A stretch of 64,000 nt of DNA from Eledone cirrhosa (GCA_964016885.1 OZ024752.1:4402001-4466000); one strand, 5' to 3'. Shown: positions 46,616 through 60,262, counted from the first letter of the stretch. Notes: generated by a model not told the origin, from the sequence alone. Translations and numbers: made by a program.

Positions 46616-46996
46616 GGAACAGACGTGTGAGATACCAAACCCCGCATGACTCCATTGAAGTGTGTCGGACGGAAAATGGCTGATGAGCCGTGTAGCAGTA
46701 AATAGTGACCAGAACTTATGAGGACGTAGAAAAACAACAGCCAATGGCATGACAAGAGTGGAAGATGTTTTTTGACGATAACACCCCAGTGAGACAATTT
46801 GCTCCGAACGAACTACCCGTGTCTGGAGGAACCTGCAGCCGTAGAATCAGCCAGATCCATGCAGTGATCATGTCTCGAGCTACCTGCCGGCGAAACAATT
46901 GTAACCCGCAATAAACTGAGCCCAGACGCATCGCTGATTTTTCGTTTTTTCATACTATATATATATATATATTTATATATATATTTATATATATAT

Positions 46997-47253
46997 TAAA
47001 GTGTTAAACAATATTCAATGATTATGTCAAAGAATGAGTTTTACAGTAGATTGGAAGCACTCAATGGAAAATAATTTTCAGGAGCTATTAATATTAAAAT
47101 ATAAGTACCTTGATTAAATCTTAACCATTTAACATCTCAGGGTATGTCATGTATCATTATATTTTGTCTGATGAGGACGTACTGTTGTACATCCAAAATA
47201 TGTATAATAAAATGTAATTGATTAAATGAACATCTATTTTATTAATACTTATA

Positions 47254-47261
<8 letters not shown>
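46997..47261 (-). mobile_element. Inverted-arm element with hammerhead (paralog of 32415)
   Basis: IR ATATTAAAATATAAGTA 47091-47107 / ~47245-47261; HHR 47162-47212; minus tail GCTC-CTGAAAA..TTTTCCA-TT-GAGT. Confidence 0.65.
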
Positions 47262-47323
<62 letters not shown>

Positions 47324-47617
47324 CATTATCATCATCATTTAACGTCCATTTTCCATGCTAGCATGGGTTAGACAACTTGTCCCATTCAAGGCAAGTTGGG
47401 TCAAGTGACTGTGTCTCATATAGAACTGTTTCTAGCTAGGTTTCTACGGCTGGATGCCATTCCTAACACCAACAACATTTGCAGTGTGTGCTGGGTGTTT
47501 TTTGTCATGACAACTACACACATATAATAAAACAAAATTGGGAAAATAACAACAGTGCCAACAACACATTACATATATATCAGATATTAGTATAACATTT
47601 ATGTGTTACAAAAAGGG

Positions 47618-47653
47618 TCTAAACGTTTTGGGCACTACTGCTTCATCAGAAGA
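47618..47653 (-). ncRNA. Decayed minimal Penelope-type hammerhead
   Basis: TCTT-CTGATGA-AGCAGTAGTGCCC-AAAAC-GTT-TAGA, same layout as 57758. Confidence 0.5.
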
Positions 47654-49453
47654 TAACTAAGGAGAGAAGGGAAGATATTTTGTGAGAAGAAAAAGAAAGA
47701 TGAATAAGAAAAAGAAATAAAATAAAGGAAAAACTCCAGAGGAAGGGAGAATATAAAACATGCATAATTATCAGCTAGGGAACTGATGCCTGACCCCACC
47801 TATTCCACATTCATATCAGTCATTTTCTAAAAGTTTTAAGTCTTTCAGGCTTTATTTTATACATGTGTTCACACACAGTTTTATGTGTGGTAGACTATCT
47901 TTACATTGAAGATTTTCATGTTTTTATGTGAAGCTCATAACAGTAGACATGTGTGTACACATATACATGGACATAAGCAAATGCACACTGAACTAATATG
48001 GAGCTTTTATGCTACACTAGAAATAGCACCCAAATCTCCCTCAAATCATACAGTACTAAATATTTATTAAGGAACATATGTGTGTGTATGTATTTTTATA
48101 AGCAACATATATATATATGTGTGTGTTTTTATAAGCAACATATATGTGTGTGTGTTTTTATAAGCAACATATATATGTGTGTGTTTTTATAAGCAACATA
48201 TATGTGTGTGTTTTTATAAGCAGCATATCTATGTGTGTGTGTTTTTATAAGCAGCATATCTATGTGTGTGTGTGTTTGAGAATATTTCAGTATAACCATA
48301 TATTTCCATTACAAGTGTGTATCCAAAAATATTGTCAAACAACACTATAAAAACATTCACACACACACACACCACATTAATACACATACAGATACACAAT
48401 CACCACATTAACACACATACACAAACCACATTAATACACACACACACAATCATGACAATAACACACACAATCACCACACTAACACACACACACAATCACC
48501 ATAGTATCTCACACACACACACAATCACCACATTAACACACATACACACACACAATCACGACATTAACACACTCACACACACAAAATAACATACACAGTC
48601 ACCACATTAACACACACATACACACGCCATCACCACAAGTACACACACCATCACCACACCAACACACACAGCACATTAACTATTGAGATATTTAATATGC
48701 CAATAGCTCCATAATAATACAAACAACCTCTGTATCTTCTTTAATTAACAAAAATAAATTTAAAATATTAACAAAATAAACAATCAACTTCATCAATAAA
48801 TATGACAAGAGAAATTTTGAGCTATAACTATAGAATAAAACATTGCATTCTTCCCAATAATTTACTTCCAGCCAACTAGTTTATATATGACTTTCTGTTG
48901 ATCTTGTTATGACAGGATTGCTATCTGATTGTTATTTTAACAACTTACCTGTACTGCTTTTGGGGGGCTTTTTGCACATTGTTTATGTTAACGATACATC
49001 TTTTAAGAAGAATCTTTTTTGGCAATCAAGATTGTTGTTTTGGAATTAAGAAGCCATTACAAATATAAATGCTTCTGAAAAATATTCATTAAATCTTCTC
49101 TTCTCTTCCATTTCATTTTCACATCATGTTGTCTACCTTATCTTATTTCAGGCAGTAAATTGGCAGAGTTATAAGAGTGTTGGGTTAAATGACTTGATAT
49201 TTGTTCTGGATCTCTGAATTACCAGTTCAAATTTCAACAAGGTTAGCTTTACTGTTCATCCTTTTGGGGTCAACAAATCACTACTACAGGGGTGGTAAAT
49301 TAGCAGATTTAATAAAGAGTCACTTTATGATATCTAATCTGGTTCTGTGGACGGGTATACAAGCCCATATACGATATGCTTATGTATAATAAATATACAT
49401 AAGGTTTTATGTGAATGTTTACTTTACTACTATTATCATCATCGTCATCATGC

Positions 49454-49680
49454 TGGATTGGCAGTATCGGTAGAGCATCAGACTCCATGCTTTGCAGCAT
49501 AGAGTTATGGCTCTTTATGTTCTGAGTTCAAATCCCGCCGAGGTTAGCTTTGCCTTTCATTCTTACCAGGTCAATAAAATAAAACACCACTAACGCCCTG
49601 GGGGTGGGGGGTGGGTGTCGATTTAATTGACTTTTCCCCTCTCCCCAAATTGGGGCCTTGTACCTATAGCAGAAATCATT
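49454..49680 (+). mobile_element. Meta-domain-type SINE variant
   Basis: Same head and core with a different GC-rich 3' segment. Confidence 0.75.
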
Positions 49681-49921
49681 ATCATCATCGTTTTTATGCC
49701 TGTTTTTCCATGCTTGCATGGGCTCGATGGGTTCTTTTCAGCACATCTCTCCACTCGCCGTGTTCCTTTGTCAGCTCCTCTTGAGATCAGCTCTCACCAC
49801 CTCTGCCTAAGTCTTCCCTGGTCTCCCTCTACTCTGGCTTTCTGGCACTTCTTCACCCAGTGATCATTATTCATGCGCAATGCATGTTCATACCAATGCA
49901 ATCATCTCTGTCTCACTTTCT

Positions 49922-49979
<58 letters not shown>

Positions 49980-50123
49980 TTATAATATACTCTACAGATA
50001 TATTATAGATGATCTGAACAGAAGTTTATTGAGCTTTTTACTGATAAACATTATTGATATATATATTTTATATGTATTGATTAAACCAAAAATTAACCTA
50101 TATATATATATATATATATATAT

Positions 50124-50500
50124 ATCATCATTGTTTAATGTCCATCTACCACGCTAGCATGGGTTAGATTGGTTTGTCCCACTTGAGGCAAAATTACTCG
50201 GGTGACCGTGTCTCGCTCGTCACAACTGTTTCTGGCTGGTTTTCTACTGCTGGATGCCCTTCCTAACACCAACCACATTTACAGTGTGGAACTGGGAGCC
50301 TTTTTACCATGTCGCCTACACGATCACTTTACAGTGTGAACTGGGTGCTTTCTGTTGTGTCACCTACACAACCACTTTACAGTGGACAGAAGTGGGAGGA
50401 TGGAGTAGGGGGTGTGGTGGAGTGGGATGTATATTCAGTTAAGAGGTGCCTACTGACTGTAGGTTTAAGTTCATATGTAAGGGAAGATGGGTTTTCTGTA
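50124..50500 (-). mobile_element. RTE LINE 3' UTR fragment
   Basis: Similar to 40537-40925. Confidence 0.7.
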
Positions 50501-50848
50501 TAACTGCATAGCACCAAAGATCTCGAACCAGTGAAATTGTCTCAGAGAGGTGTGAAAATCCTTACTGCAAGATGCAGCAACCTCTCCTTGAACTATCAAC
50601 ACTACACTCTTTCTGATGAAGTGCAACATTTTATGTAATGCTTGCAATTGAGCATAATAATATACAATCAGCACTTGTAGACTGATATTGTATTGAAACA
50701 TATGTTAAAGAACAGACACTGAATCTTTCTCTTCTAACCTTTACAGCTTGCCTAACCGTTTCTTTTTCGTACTACTATACCTTTATATATATATATAGAA
50801 TAAGAAAATATAAAGTAGTTTCAGATGTTAAAGTCCTTTATTGATAAG

Positions 50849-50921
50849 GCTGTGATACATATTTCAATGACGATAGTGGCCACAATTACATGTACCCAGT
50901 GCTGTGACATCATCAGACAGC
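50849..50921 (-). ncRNA. Hammerhead motif with long stem II, followed by AATAAA
   Basis: GCTGT-CTGATGA-(44 nt)-GAAAT-ATGT-ATC-ACAGC; perfect stem I; AATAAA just downstream. Confidence 0.6.
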
Positions 50922-51017
50922 TTCTTACATAATAAGGTTACATTCCTGAGGCAATCCAAAGTGAAACGACACGGGCACAGACAAAGAGGGTGTTCTTGAA
51001 ACCTTCGCCTGTTCCCT

Positions 51018-51060
<43 letters not shown>

Positions 51061-51063
<3 letters not shown>

Positions 51064-51395
51064 GGTTTGAAGGTTCACCACTGGATAGAGCTGGTCAATT
51101 CCATATGGTCAATCTTGATGTAATAATATGGAGAGTACTCAACGTAAAGCAGCTCAACCGTCTTCGTTTGTGTAGTTGGTGGTGCGAGTACGGAGTTAAA
51201 TATTATAATAAAATAACAGGAGGTGGATTCATACGGAACCCGGTGATGATATCACCGGGTTCTGTATGAATCCGATGATATCATCACCTGATGATATCAC
51301 CGGATTCATACGGAATCCGGTCATTGAAATGATCATAGTATAATAAACCTTTCAAGGATTTACACAAGTCCAGCCTCCTGTTATTTTATTATTAT
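51061..51395 (-). mobile_element. Inverted-arm element with hammerhead and internal hairpin duplications
   Basis: IR AATAAAATAACAGGAGG 51207-51223 / 51374-51390; HHR CTGATGA 51288..GAAAT-GATC-ATA; minus tail ACTC-CGTA..TACG-TT-GAGT. Confidence 0.65.
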
Positions 51396-51405
51396 ATATA
51401 TATAA

Positions 51406-51620
51406 GGGCGGTGGATTGGCTGTATCGGTAGAGGGTCGGGCGCTATGCTTTGGCACATAGAGTTACGGCCCTTGCCATTCCGAGTTCAAATCCCGCCAAG
51501 GTTAACTTTGCCTTTCATCCTTACGGGGTCGATAAAATAAAGTACCAGTAATGCACTGGTTAATTGCTGGCCTTGTGCCAGCAATTACCCAGTGAAACAA
51601 TTATAGTAGAAACAATTATA
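51406..51620 (+). mobile_element. Meta-domain-type tRNA SINE
   Basis: Full head and core; small inverted duplication in the tail. Confidence 0.88.
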
Positions 51621-51634
51621 TATATATATATATA

Positions 51635-52345
51635 TCCAAAATTAAGATAATTCAAAATGAATTTAATCTAAATCAAATTATGGGTGTCATGCCAGAAAGA
51701 CATGCGCCATATCACCCGTAAAATAAGCTCTAGGATTCTAATGAATAGGTCCGAGCATTTTATAACAAATAGAAATTGATTAACATATAAATAAACATAT
51801 GGAGGCACATGGCTTAGTGGTTAGAGCATTGGGCTTGCAATCGAAAGGTTGTGAGTTCAATTCTCAGACCGGGTGATGTGTTGTTTCATTGAGTAAGACA
51901 CTTTATTTCACATTGCTCCAGTTTACTCAGCTGTAGAAATGAGATGATAGGGACTGGGGTCCATATCATTCCACTGCAAAGTGGTCGTGGAGGTGCCACA
52001 GCAAAAAAGCACCCAGCACTCACTGTAAATGAGGTTGGTGTTAGGAAGGGCATCCAGCTGTAGAAATCAAGCCAGAATCTGTTCCCGTCCCACCCTTGCA
52101 AGCAGGGAAAAGCGGACGTAAAATGATGATGATGATGATGAAACAATCACGGGGGATAATTTGTACAAGTGTGTAAGCACACATAGCTAGGTAGGTAACT
52201 AAATAAAGTTAACTAGAACTTCAAAAATAGATACCTTATAAGATGATTAATCTTCTTTGTATATATTCCATTAAAGAAATATATTTCACCAATTAATCGA
52301 TTGTTTCATATGTTTATTTATATGTTAATCAATTTCTAGTTATAT
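51635..52345 (-). mobile_element. Inverted-arm element interrupted by a SINE
   Basis: Perfect 32-bp IR 51770-51801 / 52307-52338, continuing after the SINE (AAACAATC); minus tail GCTC-GGA..TCC-TA-GAGC. Confidence 0.6.
51801..52140 (+). mobile_element. CORE-type tRNA SINE, full length
   Basis: Matches 33291. Confidence 0.9.
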
Positions 52346-53199
52346 ATATATATATATATATATATTGTACCTCCAATCTCTACCATGCTTTTTTAATATA
52401 TAACATTATAAAATTATAAAAAGGATTGAATGTAGCATACGAGAGAATTGCTCTGATATAGAGAGTTATATAAACAGTGAAGCATGAAGTTGATGGAGCC
52501 ATCCATTAGTACAACACTAAAGATAGAGTAAGAGACTGAAGGCTAGAGTGTTTATCAGAGACAATGTAGTGTTTGAGAGGACTCCTCAGTTCGGACAATC
52601 ATATGATAAACTCTTTAGTGTTAGTGCACCCAGTACACCCTGTGAAGTGTTAGTTTTGGTACCAAGATCCAAGATGAAATACACCCAATCCATTCTGTTA
52701 AAAGGTAGAACTAGTGTCATGAAATCACACCCAGTACACTCTGGTTGGCATTAGGAAGGGTATTCTGTCATAGAAACTGTGCCAAATATAGAATGTAATG
52801 AGAAAGATTGATTGCTTCGACTCACCTCATCTTAGTCTAGTATGAAAAGTTGACATAAAATGAAAAGGAGGAAGAGGAGGATGAACATTATTTATTCAAA
52901 GCTGAGTCTGCGTGAGTCGCTCCTCAGAGTTTCTTGTTCCCAGTCTTCAGAAATTGGAAACGAGTTTCAGATTTGTTACACTGCTGTCGGTAGTTGGAAT
53001 GCAAGCTGAAGACTACCAGACACGCAATTGTATTGTGAAAACGAAAAACATAAAACCAAGATCTAGACTTAGTATCAGAATATCTATCAAAATCTTTTCC
53101 CATGAAAACACATAAATTTTCCAAGCTTTTTTGAAGAACATTCCAACATGAAACCCAAGTAAACAATGTTTCTAAATACTTTCACGTATTCATGATTTC

Positions 53200-53875
53200 A
53201 AACACACACAGAAAACAGGCATACACAAAAACACACACACACAAAACAAGCATACAAATACAAACATACATACATACAAACACACACACAAACCATACAA
53301 ACACACATACAAACACACATACAAACACGCATACAAACACGCATACAAACACGCATACAAACACATACAAACACACACACCATATATACAAACATACAAA
53401 CACATACACATACATACGAACATACATACAAACATACACACACACAAACCATATACACAAACATACAAACAATCATACAAACATACATACAAACACATAC
53501 ACAAACATACATACAAACACCACATCACATACTATACACACAGACCACACACCACACACACACACACCATACACACACCATACACACACCACACACACAC
53601 ACCACACACACCACACACACACCACACACACACACCATACACACACACCATACACACACACCATACACACACACCATACACACACACCACACACACAGCC
53701 AGCCAAACAGACACACCACACTCACACACTACACACACAGCCAGCCAAACAGACACACCACACACACCACACACCATACACATACACCACACACAGCCAG
53801 CCAAACAGACACACCACACTCACCACACACCATACACACACACCCCACACACAGCCAGCCAAACAGACACATACC
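53200..53875. repeat. CA-rich compound repeat
   Basis: Direct reading. Confidence 0.85.
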
Positions 53876-54169
53876 CTCCACAAAACATTACCAAAGATAC
53901 TTATTCTTGGTAAGAACTGAAAACAAAAACTAAATAAAATCAAAATAACAAAATAAAACAAATCCAAAAAAACAATGTTTAGTTTTGTCTGTAGAATGTG
54001 TAAACATGAAATGAAAGGTAATAATTTACCAACATAAAGTGATTTATGTAGATATATACATCTATGTATGTATATACATAGATGTATGTATATACATAGA
54101 TGTATGATTCTGTGTATGTATGGGTTTGTATATATATTTTTGTATAAATATATAATTATATGTATAAGT

Positions 54170-54560
54170 GACCAGTGTCTGTCCTTAGGGCATCAACATA
54201 CGTTAACCTTGGTCTTCCTCTTCCAGTGTGTCCATGTAGGGGCTCCCACAGGAGCACTGAGTGCAATGTCAACTCTGGATGTCAGTGAGCATGTCCAGCT
54301 AACCTCAGTCTCTTCTGTGTCACTTTTGAGCTGACTTTTGGGAGGCTCCCATACAGCTCTGAGTTTTTCACCCTCAGTGTATACTGATTAATGTTCAGAG
54401 CCATCCTCAGCATTCTCGTGTAGCACCCATCCACCATCTGAGGACAGACACTGGTCTGTTGGAGACGCAGGACATGGCAGCGATAATGGGGGACAGAGAC
54501 CGCTGGAGAGAACTCGTCCATGGATCTCGAAAATTTTACCCGCCCTAGATAGATAGATAG
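54170..54560 (+). mobile_element. RTE LINE 3' end with 5' inversion and TSD
   Basis: 54170-54440 minus, 54441-54548 plus, (GATA)n tail; ATGTATAAGTG duplicated at 54160-54170 and 54561-54571. Confidence 0.88.
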
Positions 54561-54782
54561 ATGTATAAGTGAGTGTGTATCTGCATGTTTGTGTGTGTAT
54601 GTATACATGTCTGTGTATGTGTTTGTATATATACATATGTGTGTTTGTATATGTATATATGCATGTTTGTATTACATATATATATGTGTGTGTGTTTGTA
54701 TATGTATATATACATGTTTGTATTACATATATATATGTATGTCTGTGTTTGTATAGGTTTATATACAAATATGTGTTTGTGT

Positions 54783-55118
54783 CATCATCATTTCATTTTA
54801 CGTCCGCTTTTCCCTGCTTGCAAGGGTGGGACGGGAACTGATTCTGGCTTGATTTCTACAGCTGGATGCCCTTCCTAACACCAACCTCATTTACAGTGAG
54901 TGCTGGGTGCTTTTTGGCCGTGGCACCTCCACGACCACTTTGCAGTGGAATGATAGGGACCCCAGTCCCTATCATCTCATTTCTACAGCTGAGTAAACTG
55001 GAGCAATGTGAAATAAAGTGTCTTGCTCAAGGAAACAACACATCACCCGGTCTGAGAATTGAACTCACAACCTTTCGATTGCAAGGCCAATGCTCTAACC
55101 ACTAAGCCATGTGCCTCC
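54783..55118 (-). mobile_element. CORE-type tRNA SINE, full length
   Basis: Matches 33291. Confidence 0.9.
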
Positions 55119-55123
55119 ATATA

Positions 55124-55169
<46 letters not shown>

Positions 55170-55710
55170 GTGTGTGTGTATATATATATATCATCATGTA
55201 TGTATAGTTAATAATACATATGTGTTTATACATGCAGGCATGCAAGTATGCATGTTTAAGTTAATTATGTAATCAGCTTCGGATCCGTCATTATCTTTAT
55301 TAATTCTTAAGTAGGCATCTGCTGTTTTTTACTGTACAGAAAGACGTATACCTTTCATGGACTAGTTCCTTGTTATGTAAGAAATATTTTAATTACTGAG
55401 ATAACATAAGAGACAGCCAGCCATCTTGAAATATCAACACAAACAAAATAATATAAAAAAAATAAAAAAAAACAGTTGAAAATAAATAAATCTGGAAGCA
55501 AAGCTGTGTCTAACTGTTGAATCTTCCGTTCTTGTTGCTTCCATCTGGAGTGTGGAAATGAGGTTTTTGACAAGACAGAAAAGTTTGTTTTTAACTGCTC
55601 CACTTGGTGTATTGAAACAAAGCTTTAAACAAAATAAAAATTGTCTCTATTGTCACTAACAGTTGAGCTTCTACCTTGTCTTCATCTAGTGTGTGGAAAC
55701 GAAGCTTTAA

Positions 55711-55914
55711 CACTTTAGCATTTACATTACTCTATATTTACTATTGTATTTTCACAGTAAAGGTTTTATCTCACATAATATTGAATCTACGAGATTTTGA
55801 TATTTATTTTGAGGACAATACCTTAACATCAGTATGAGTGGCCAGGTACAGCCAGTTTGAACAGAAAGAGGTGAGAGAATTCTTGCCGGAGATGGCCGGT
55901 TTAAATATAAAGGG
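55711..55914. mobile_element. piggyBac-like MITE
   Basis: TTAA-CACTTTAGCATTTA ... TAAATATAAAGGG-TTAA. Confidence 0.82.
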
Positions 55915-57389
55915 TTAAATAAAGCAAAGATAGTATATTTCTTCTTTTCTACTTTGCCAACTTTGTCCCCAAGACTCTCTCAGGAATGAGTCCTCAAGCC
56001 CTCCTTCCAGCAGGTCCTGTCACAGGGTTGTGGGAGTCCTCAAACACTCCTTCCAGCAAGTCCAGTCAGAAGCAACTAGTTCCAATTGTGAAATTAGACG
56101 ACACAGGTAGACAAATGTTTTCTTTTAGCAGGTTAGAATAAGGATTAAACAGTTTTGTTGTTCATAAACTAATTATTGTATTTACACACACACACACACA
56201 CAGACACAGACACAGACACACACACACACACACACACGTCATTAATCAGAATTTACTTAGAAACAGTGGGTCATTGTTGTTTTTGCTGTCCTTGGTCAAA
56301 AACATACCATTCATGACCACCTCTTCTTTTAGAAGCTTGTAAGACTGACTACATTAGCTGATGGTAGTAGAGTGTCATTTTAGGATGGAGATATAGCTAC
56401 TATTTCTAAAAGGTTCTGTATAACCATTTTTGTTTTGTTGTGTTTGTTTAGCCCTAGGTCAACTATTATTCAGCAGACACATTCTAGCTATGATCATCTC
56501 GTTATTGTAATAATATCTAGGATTACATTATCTTCCCATTTGATTCTTCCTCATTTTTAAATCAGTAGGGTGTAATTTGAAGGAGGAGATTCGGTTTCTA
56601 TTTCTAACAAGATAATTCCCTAATGTGTAAGTCTTATTTACACACTCACTATGCCAATCTTATAGATTACAAAACGCAAGTGTGAAGGTATGCTTCAGTT
56701 TTCATATCATATATTCAGAAGGTAAAATGAGTAGGGAGCAAAGCAAGGTAGAAGAAGGCATTGTCAGAAATCTGAGGGAGGAAACAGATAAATTCATGAA
56801 CTCTTTAAAAACTATCTAGGTCTTATCTTTAGCAGTTGTATGCCCCTGTTGTAGAAACAAATACCTATTTTCAAGGGAAAACAGAATGAAAATCTTCCAT
56901 TAATTGTGGTAGATTGAAGTACACACTTTTATTTAGACTAAAGGTGTGTAAGGAAACCTATATGTTTTTCTTACATCTACAGATACAAACACATCCCCAG
57001 TGCTGTACCTTGAAGTCACTGGGGATTTCAGTTTTTACAATATAGAGTTTAACCCTTTAGCCTTTATATTACTCTATATTGTATTTTGGTATATAAGACA
57101 ATACACTTGCCAATGGCAAGTGTATTGTCTTATGTACCATTTTGATTCTATATTTCTCTTAGAATGCCGAGACTATAACCTCCTGGGGTTTAATTATAAT
57201 CGATAGTTTGCCTTCGATGATTGATTTCAAGATACACTCTACGGAATATGAAATAACACTATAAGGTCTCTCTAATGATTCCACCTGAGTACATATTCTT
57301 CTATAGAATATGTATTTGGTATATATACTGTGTTTCCTATATGATACATGGTTCTTTCTCTCTATGAATCTTTACACACACACACACAC

Positions 57390-57667
57390 CGTTTTACGTC
57401 CGTTCTTCCATGCTAGCATGGGTTAGACGGGTGGGCAGTGTCCAGTCAGCTGACCTTGTCTTGCTCATACGGGAACTGATTCTAGCTTGATTTCTACAGC
57501 TGGATGCCCTTCCTAACACCAACCTCATTTACAGTGAGTGCTGGGTGCTTTTTTGCCGTGGCACCTCCACGACCACTTTGCAGTGGGAGGGTGTGGGAGC
57601 ATATAGTCTATATGCTTCAGCTTGTACCTGTGGGGGGTTGGGTCTTCTGTATTACTACGTGACGCCA
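57390..57667 (-). mobile_element. RTE LINE 3' UTR fragment
   Basis: Similar to 9950-10280. Confidence 0.8.
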
Positions 57668-57757
57668 TATGTAAAAGGTAAACAAAAATAATAATACAAT
57701 AGGTACAGTATATGGAAGGAATATATTAGGTTAATGCTTGAAATAGCAGGAAGAGGG

Positions 57758-57793
57758 TCTTAACGTTTCGGACGCTAGTCCTTCATCAGAAGA
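57758..57793 (-). ncRNA. Minimal type I hammerhead ribozyme of the Penelope pLTR type
   Basis: TCTT-CTGATGA-A-GGAC(TAGC)GTCC-GAAAC-GTT-AAGA: perfect stems I and II, palindromic AACGTT stem III. Confidence 0.8.
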
Positions 57794-58237
57794 ATGAGAA
57801 ATAAGATAGATAGAAGGGGCGGGTGGGTTTGAATTGGAAAAAATGTCCAGTCAGGTCTATTCATGTTGACATCTCTTGGAAAACTGATGATTTATTTTCT
57901 TAGAAAAGTGGATGATGAGACGCGTCTACCTGAAAAAAAAAAACGTTTGGGGAAAAGAGCTATACTTGTGCGCGTGTGTATGCATATGTGTGTCTCTGTG
58001 TTTGTGTGAGTGTTATTATACATCCACATGAAGCTAAGAAATGTGTGTGCATATGTAAGTAAAAGAGTGTGTATGCTTGTAAGTATGTTAATATAAGGGT
58101 GTGTGTGTATACAGAGCTGTGAAGGGAAAAGTGGTGTGTGCATATTTTGTCAGTCTGTATTAGTTGTACGAGAATATGTTTCTGACCATAGGAATATAGG
58201 GGTGAATGTACAAGTGCATGTGATAATGGACGTGGTA

Positions 58238-60262
58238 TTAAAGAAATTGGGGAGGTGAGTTGAGTCCATGAGGGAAATAGGACCGAAGGCGATGAATCAG
58301 ATTTTGTTCAGTGCTGGTGCGCGAGGTCTGTCATCCATGATGTGAAAGGACACCCAGGACTGAGACATGTAGGGAAGAAGGACCAGGGGAACAGAAATGA
58401 CGGGCGACAGGAGTATCCAAACCGAGTCGTATGTCCCTCAAATGCTCAGCAAATTGGTCTGCCATATGGCGTCCCGTTTGTACGATGTATAAAGACCCGC
58501 AAAGGGAACACCGAAGGGCTTAGACTATGTGGGTGGATGTGCAGGTGAAGGAGTGGTGGATACGGAATGACCTGTAAGAGTGGTGAGGGTGGAAATGAAG
58601 GGACAAGTGTTGCAGTGGGGATGAGAACAAGGATTAGAGCCAGGTGGAGTCGTAGGAGGGGGAAGAGAAGGAGCTGTATACCAGGAGGTTGCGGAGGATA
58701 TGTCGCCGGAATGGTAGGGTGATGGGGTGGTAGGTGAGAGGGAAAGGAACACAGGTGTTGGGAGTTTGTTGGTGAGGTGAGAGAGTTATGGTACGGTCGG
58801 TTTCACGGGCTCGGGTGAGAGCAGCTTGGCTGAGGGAGGGGTGGATATCCACGCTGGATGAAGCAAGAAGCCATGTGAAGGGAATGGCTTTCGAAATCGT
58901 CATCCTGGCTACATAGCCGACGAAGACGGAGGAATTGGGAATAGGGTATGGAGTGTTTGGTGTGGGTTGGATGGGAGGAGGTGAAGTAGAGGTAAGAGTG
59001 GGAGTCTGTTGGTTTATAGAAGATGGAAGTAGGTAGGAGGGTGTGGTGAGAGTGATTGATAGATAGAGATATCGAGGAAAGGGAGAGACAAATCGGAGGC
59101 GGTGGAGGTGAGAGCAGGATGGAAAGATAGGACAAAAGAAAGAAAGCAGTCGAGATGTTCTTGTGATAGAGAGGTGGCGCCGATACAGTCGTTGATATAA
59201 CAACTGTATAGCTCAGGAGTAGGTCCAACATACTGGGAGATGATCTGAGCTTTGACATAGCCAACAAACAAGTTGGTATAGTTTGGGCCCATTCTGGTTC
59301 CCATCGCTACCCTAGAGACCTGCTGATAGAATTCACCCGAAAAGGAAAAGCCATTGAGGATCAGAACAAGCTCAGCCAGACGGGGAAGAGTGGTAGTGCT
59401 GGGGTAAGGAGTAGAGCGTAAGTCTAAAAAATGTTGGAGAGGGTGGAGGCCATCATCATGAAGGATGACGGTATAGAGAGAGGTGATGTCCAAGGTGAAG
59501 AGAAGGCGAGACGGGCCAGGAGGGAAGGAGGAGTTGAAGTGTCAAGTCAAGGGCATGATTGGTATTGTGGATCTGGGAGGGTAGGTTGGTGAATAACGGG
59601 GCGAGGAGGGTATCTAAGAGATGATTTTGGTGGGGCAGTTGCACGTGGAAACGATAGGATGGCCGGGATTATTGTGTTTGTGCATTTTGGGGAGGAAGTT
59701 GATGGTGGGTGTACGAGGGGTGCGTACAATAAGGTTGGTGGCTGTGGGGGGTAGGAGAGAGGAGGAGATGAGCTCGTGGATGGTGGAGGACACGAGTTGT
59801 TTGTAGTCAGGAGTGGGGTCGGAGAACAAAGGGCAGTAAAAAAGGGGGGGGTCGTGAGCTGGTGGAGAGCCTCAGCCTTATAGAGGTCAACGCTCCAAAC
59901 CACCACAATGCCACCTTTGTCAGCGGGTTTGATGACAATGTCATCGTGATGCCGAAGGTTGCAGAGAGCTCAGTCCGCGTGATGTTAGAGCGACGACAAT
60001 GCTGGTGGAAACAGAACCGATTCACAGTACGCCGGCAAGTATTGACAAAGGAGTCGAGGGTGCTGAACTGGCCAGAGCTCGGCGTCCAATGTGATTGCCA
60101 GCGACTGAGACGAGTGAAGTCATCCGTCTGTGTCGATGATGGCATGTCGTGAAAAAAAGCTTTCAGCTTTAATCGATGGTAGAACCTTCAATCTCGGCAC
60201 GTGTGCGGAATTCGTTGGAGGTAGATGTGGTTGGTATAAATGCAGCTTGAGGCCCTCGGGGA
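58238..60262 (-). pseudogene. Frameshifted PLE RT / GIY-YIG endonuclease ORF
   Basis: RLKLKAFF, LPKMHK..PGHPIVS, DITSLYT, VAMGTRMGP, LPFLDI, YKPTDSHSYL..SSHP..SIPYSQFLRLRRLCS, CSHPHCNTC, LRCSLCGSLYIVQTGR, EQNLIHRL..PHGLN..*. Confidence 0.9.

Larger units (their letters stand above)
57668..60262 (-). mobile_element. Penelope-like element (Neptune-type), decayed, 5'-truncated
   Basis: RT + CxxxxCxxC linker + GIY-YIG remnants and a 3' region containing a hammerhead. Confidence 0.88.

Noticed and set aside
52912-53166. Possible hAT transposase C-terminal remnant or host exon
   Set aside because: Only vague similarity (ETSF..KTK..RSRL); no TIR or splice support
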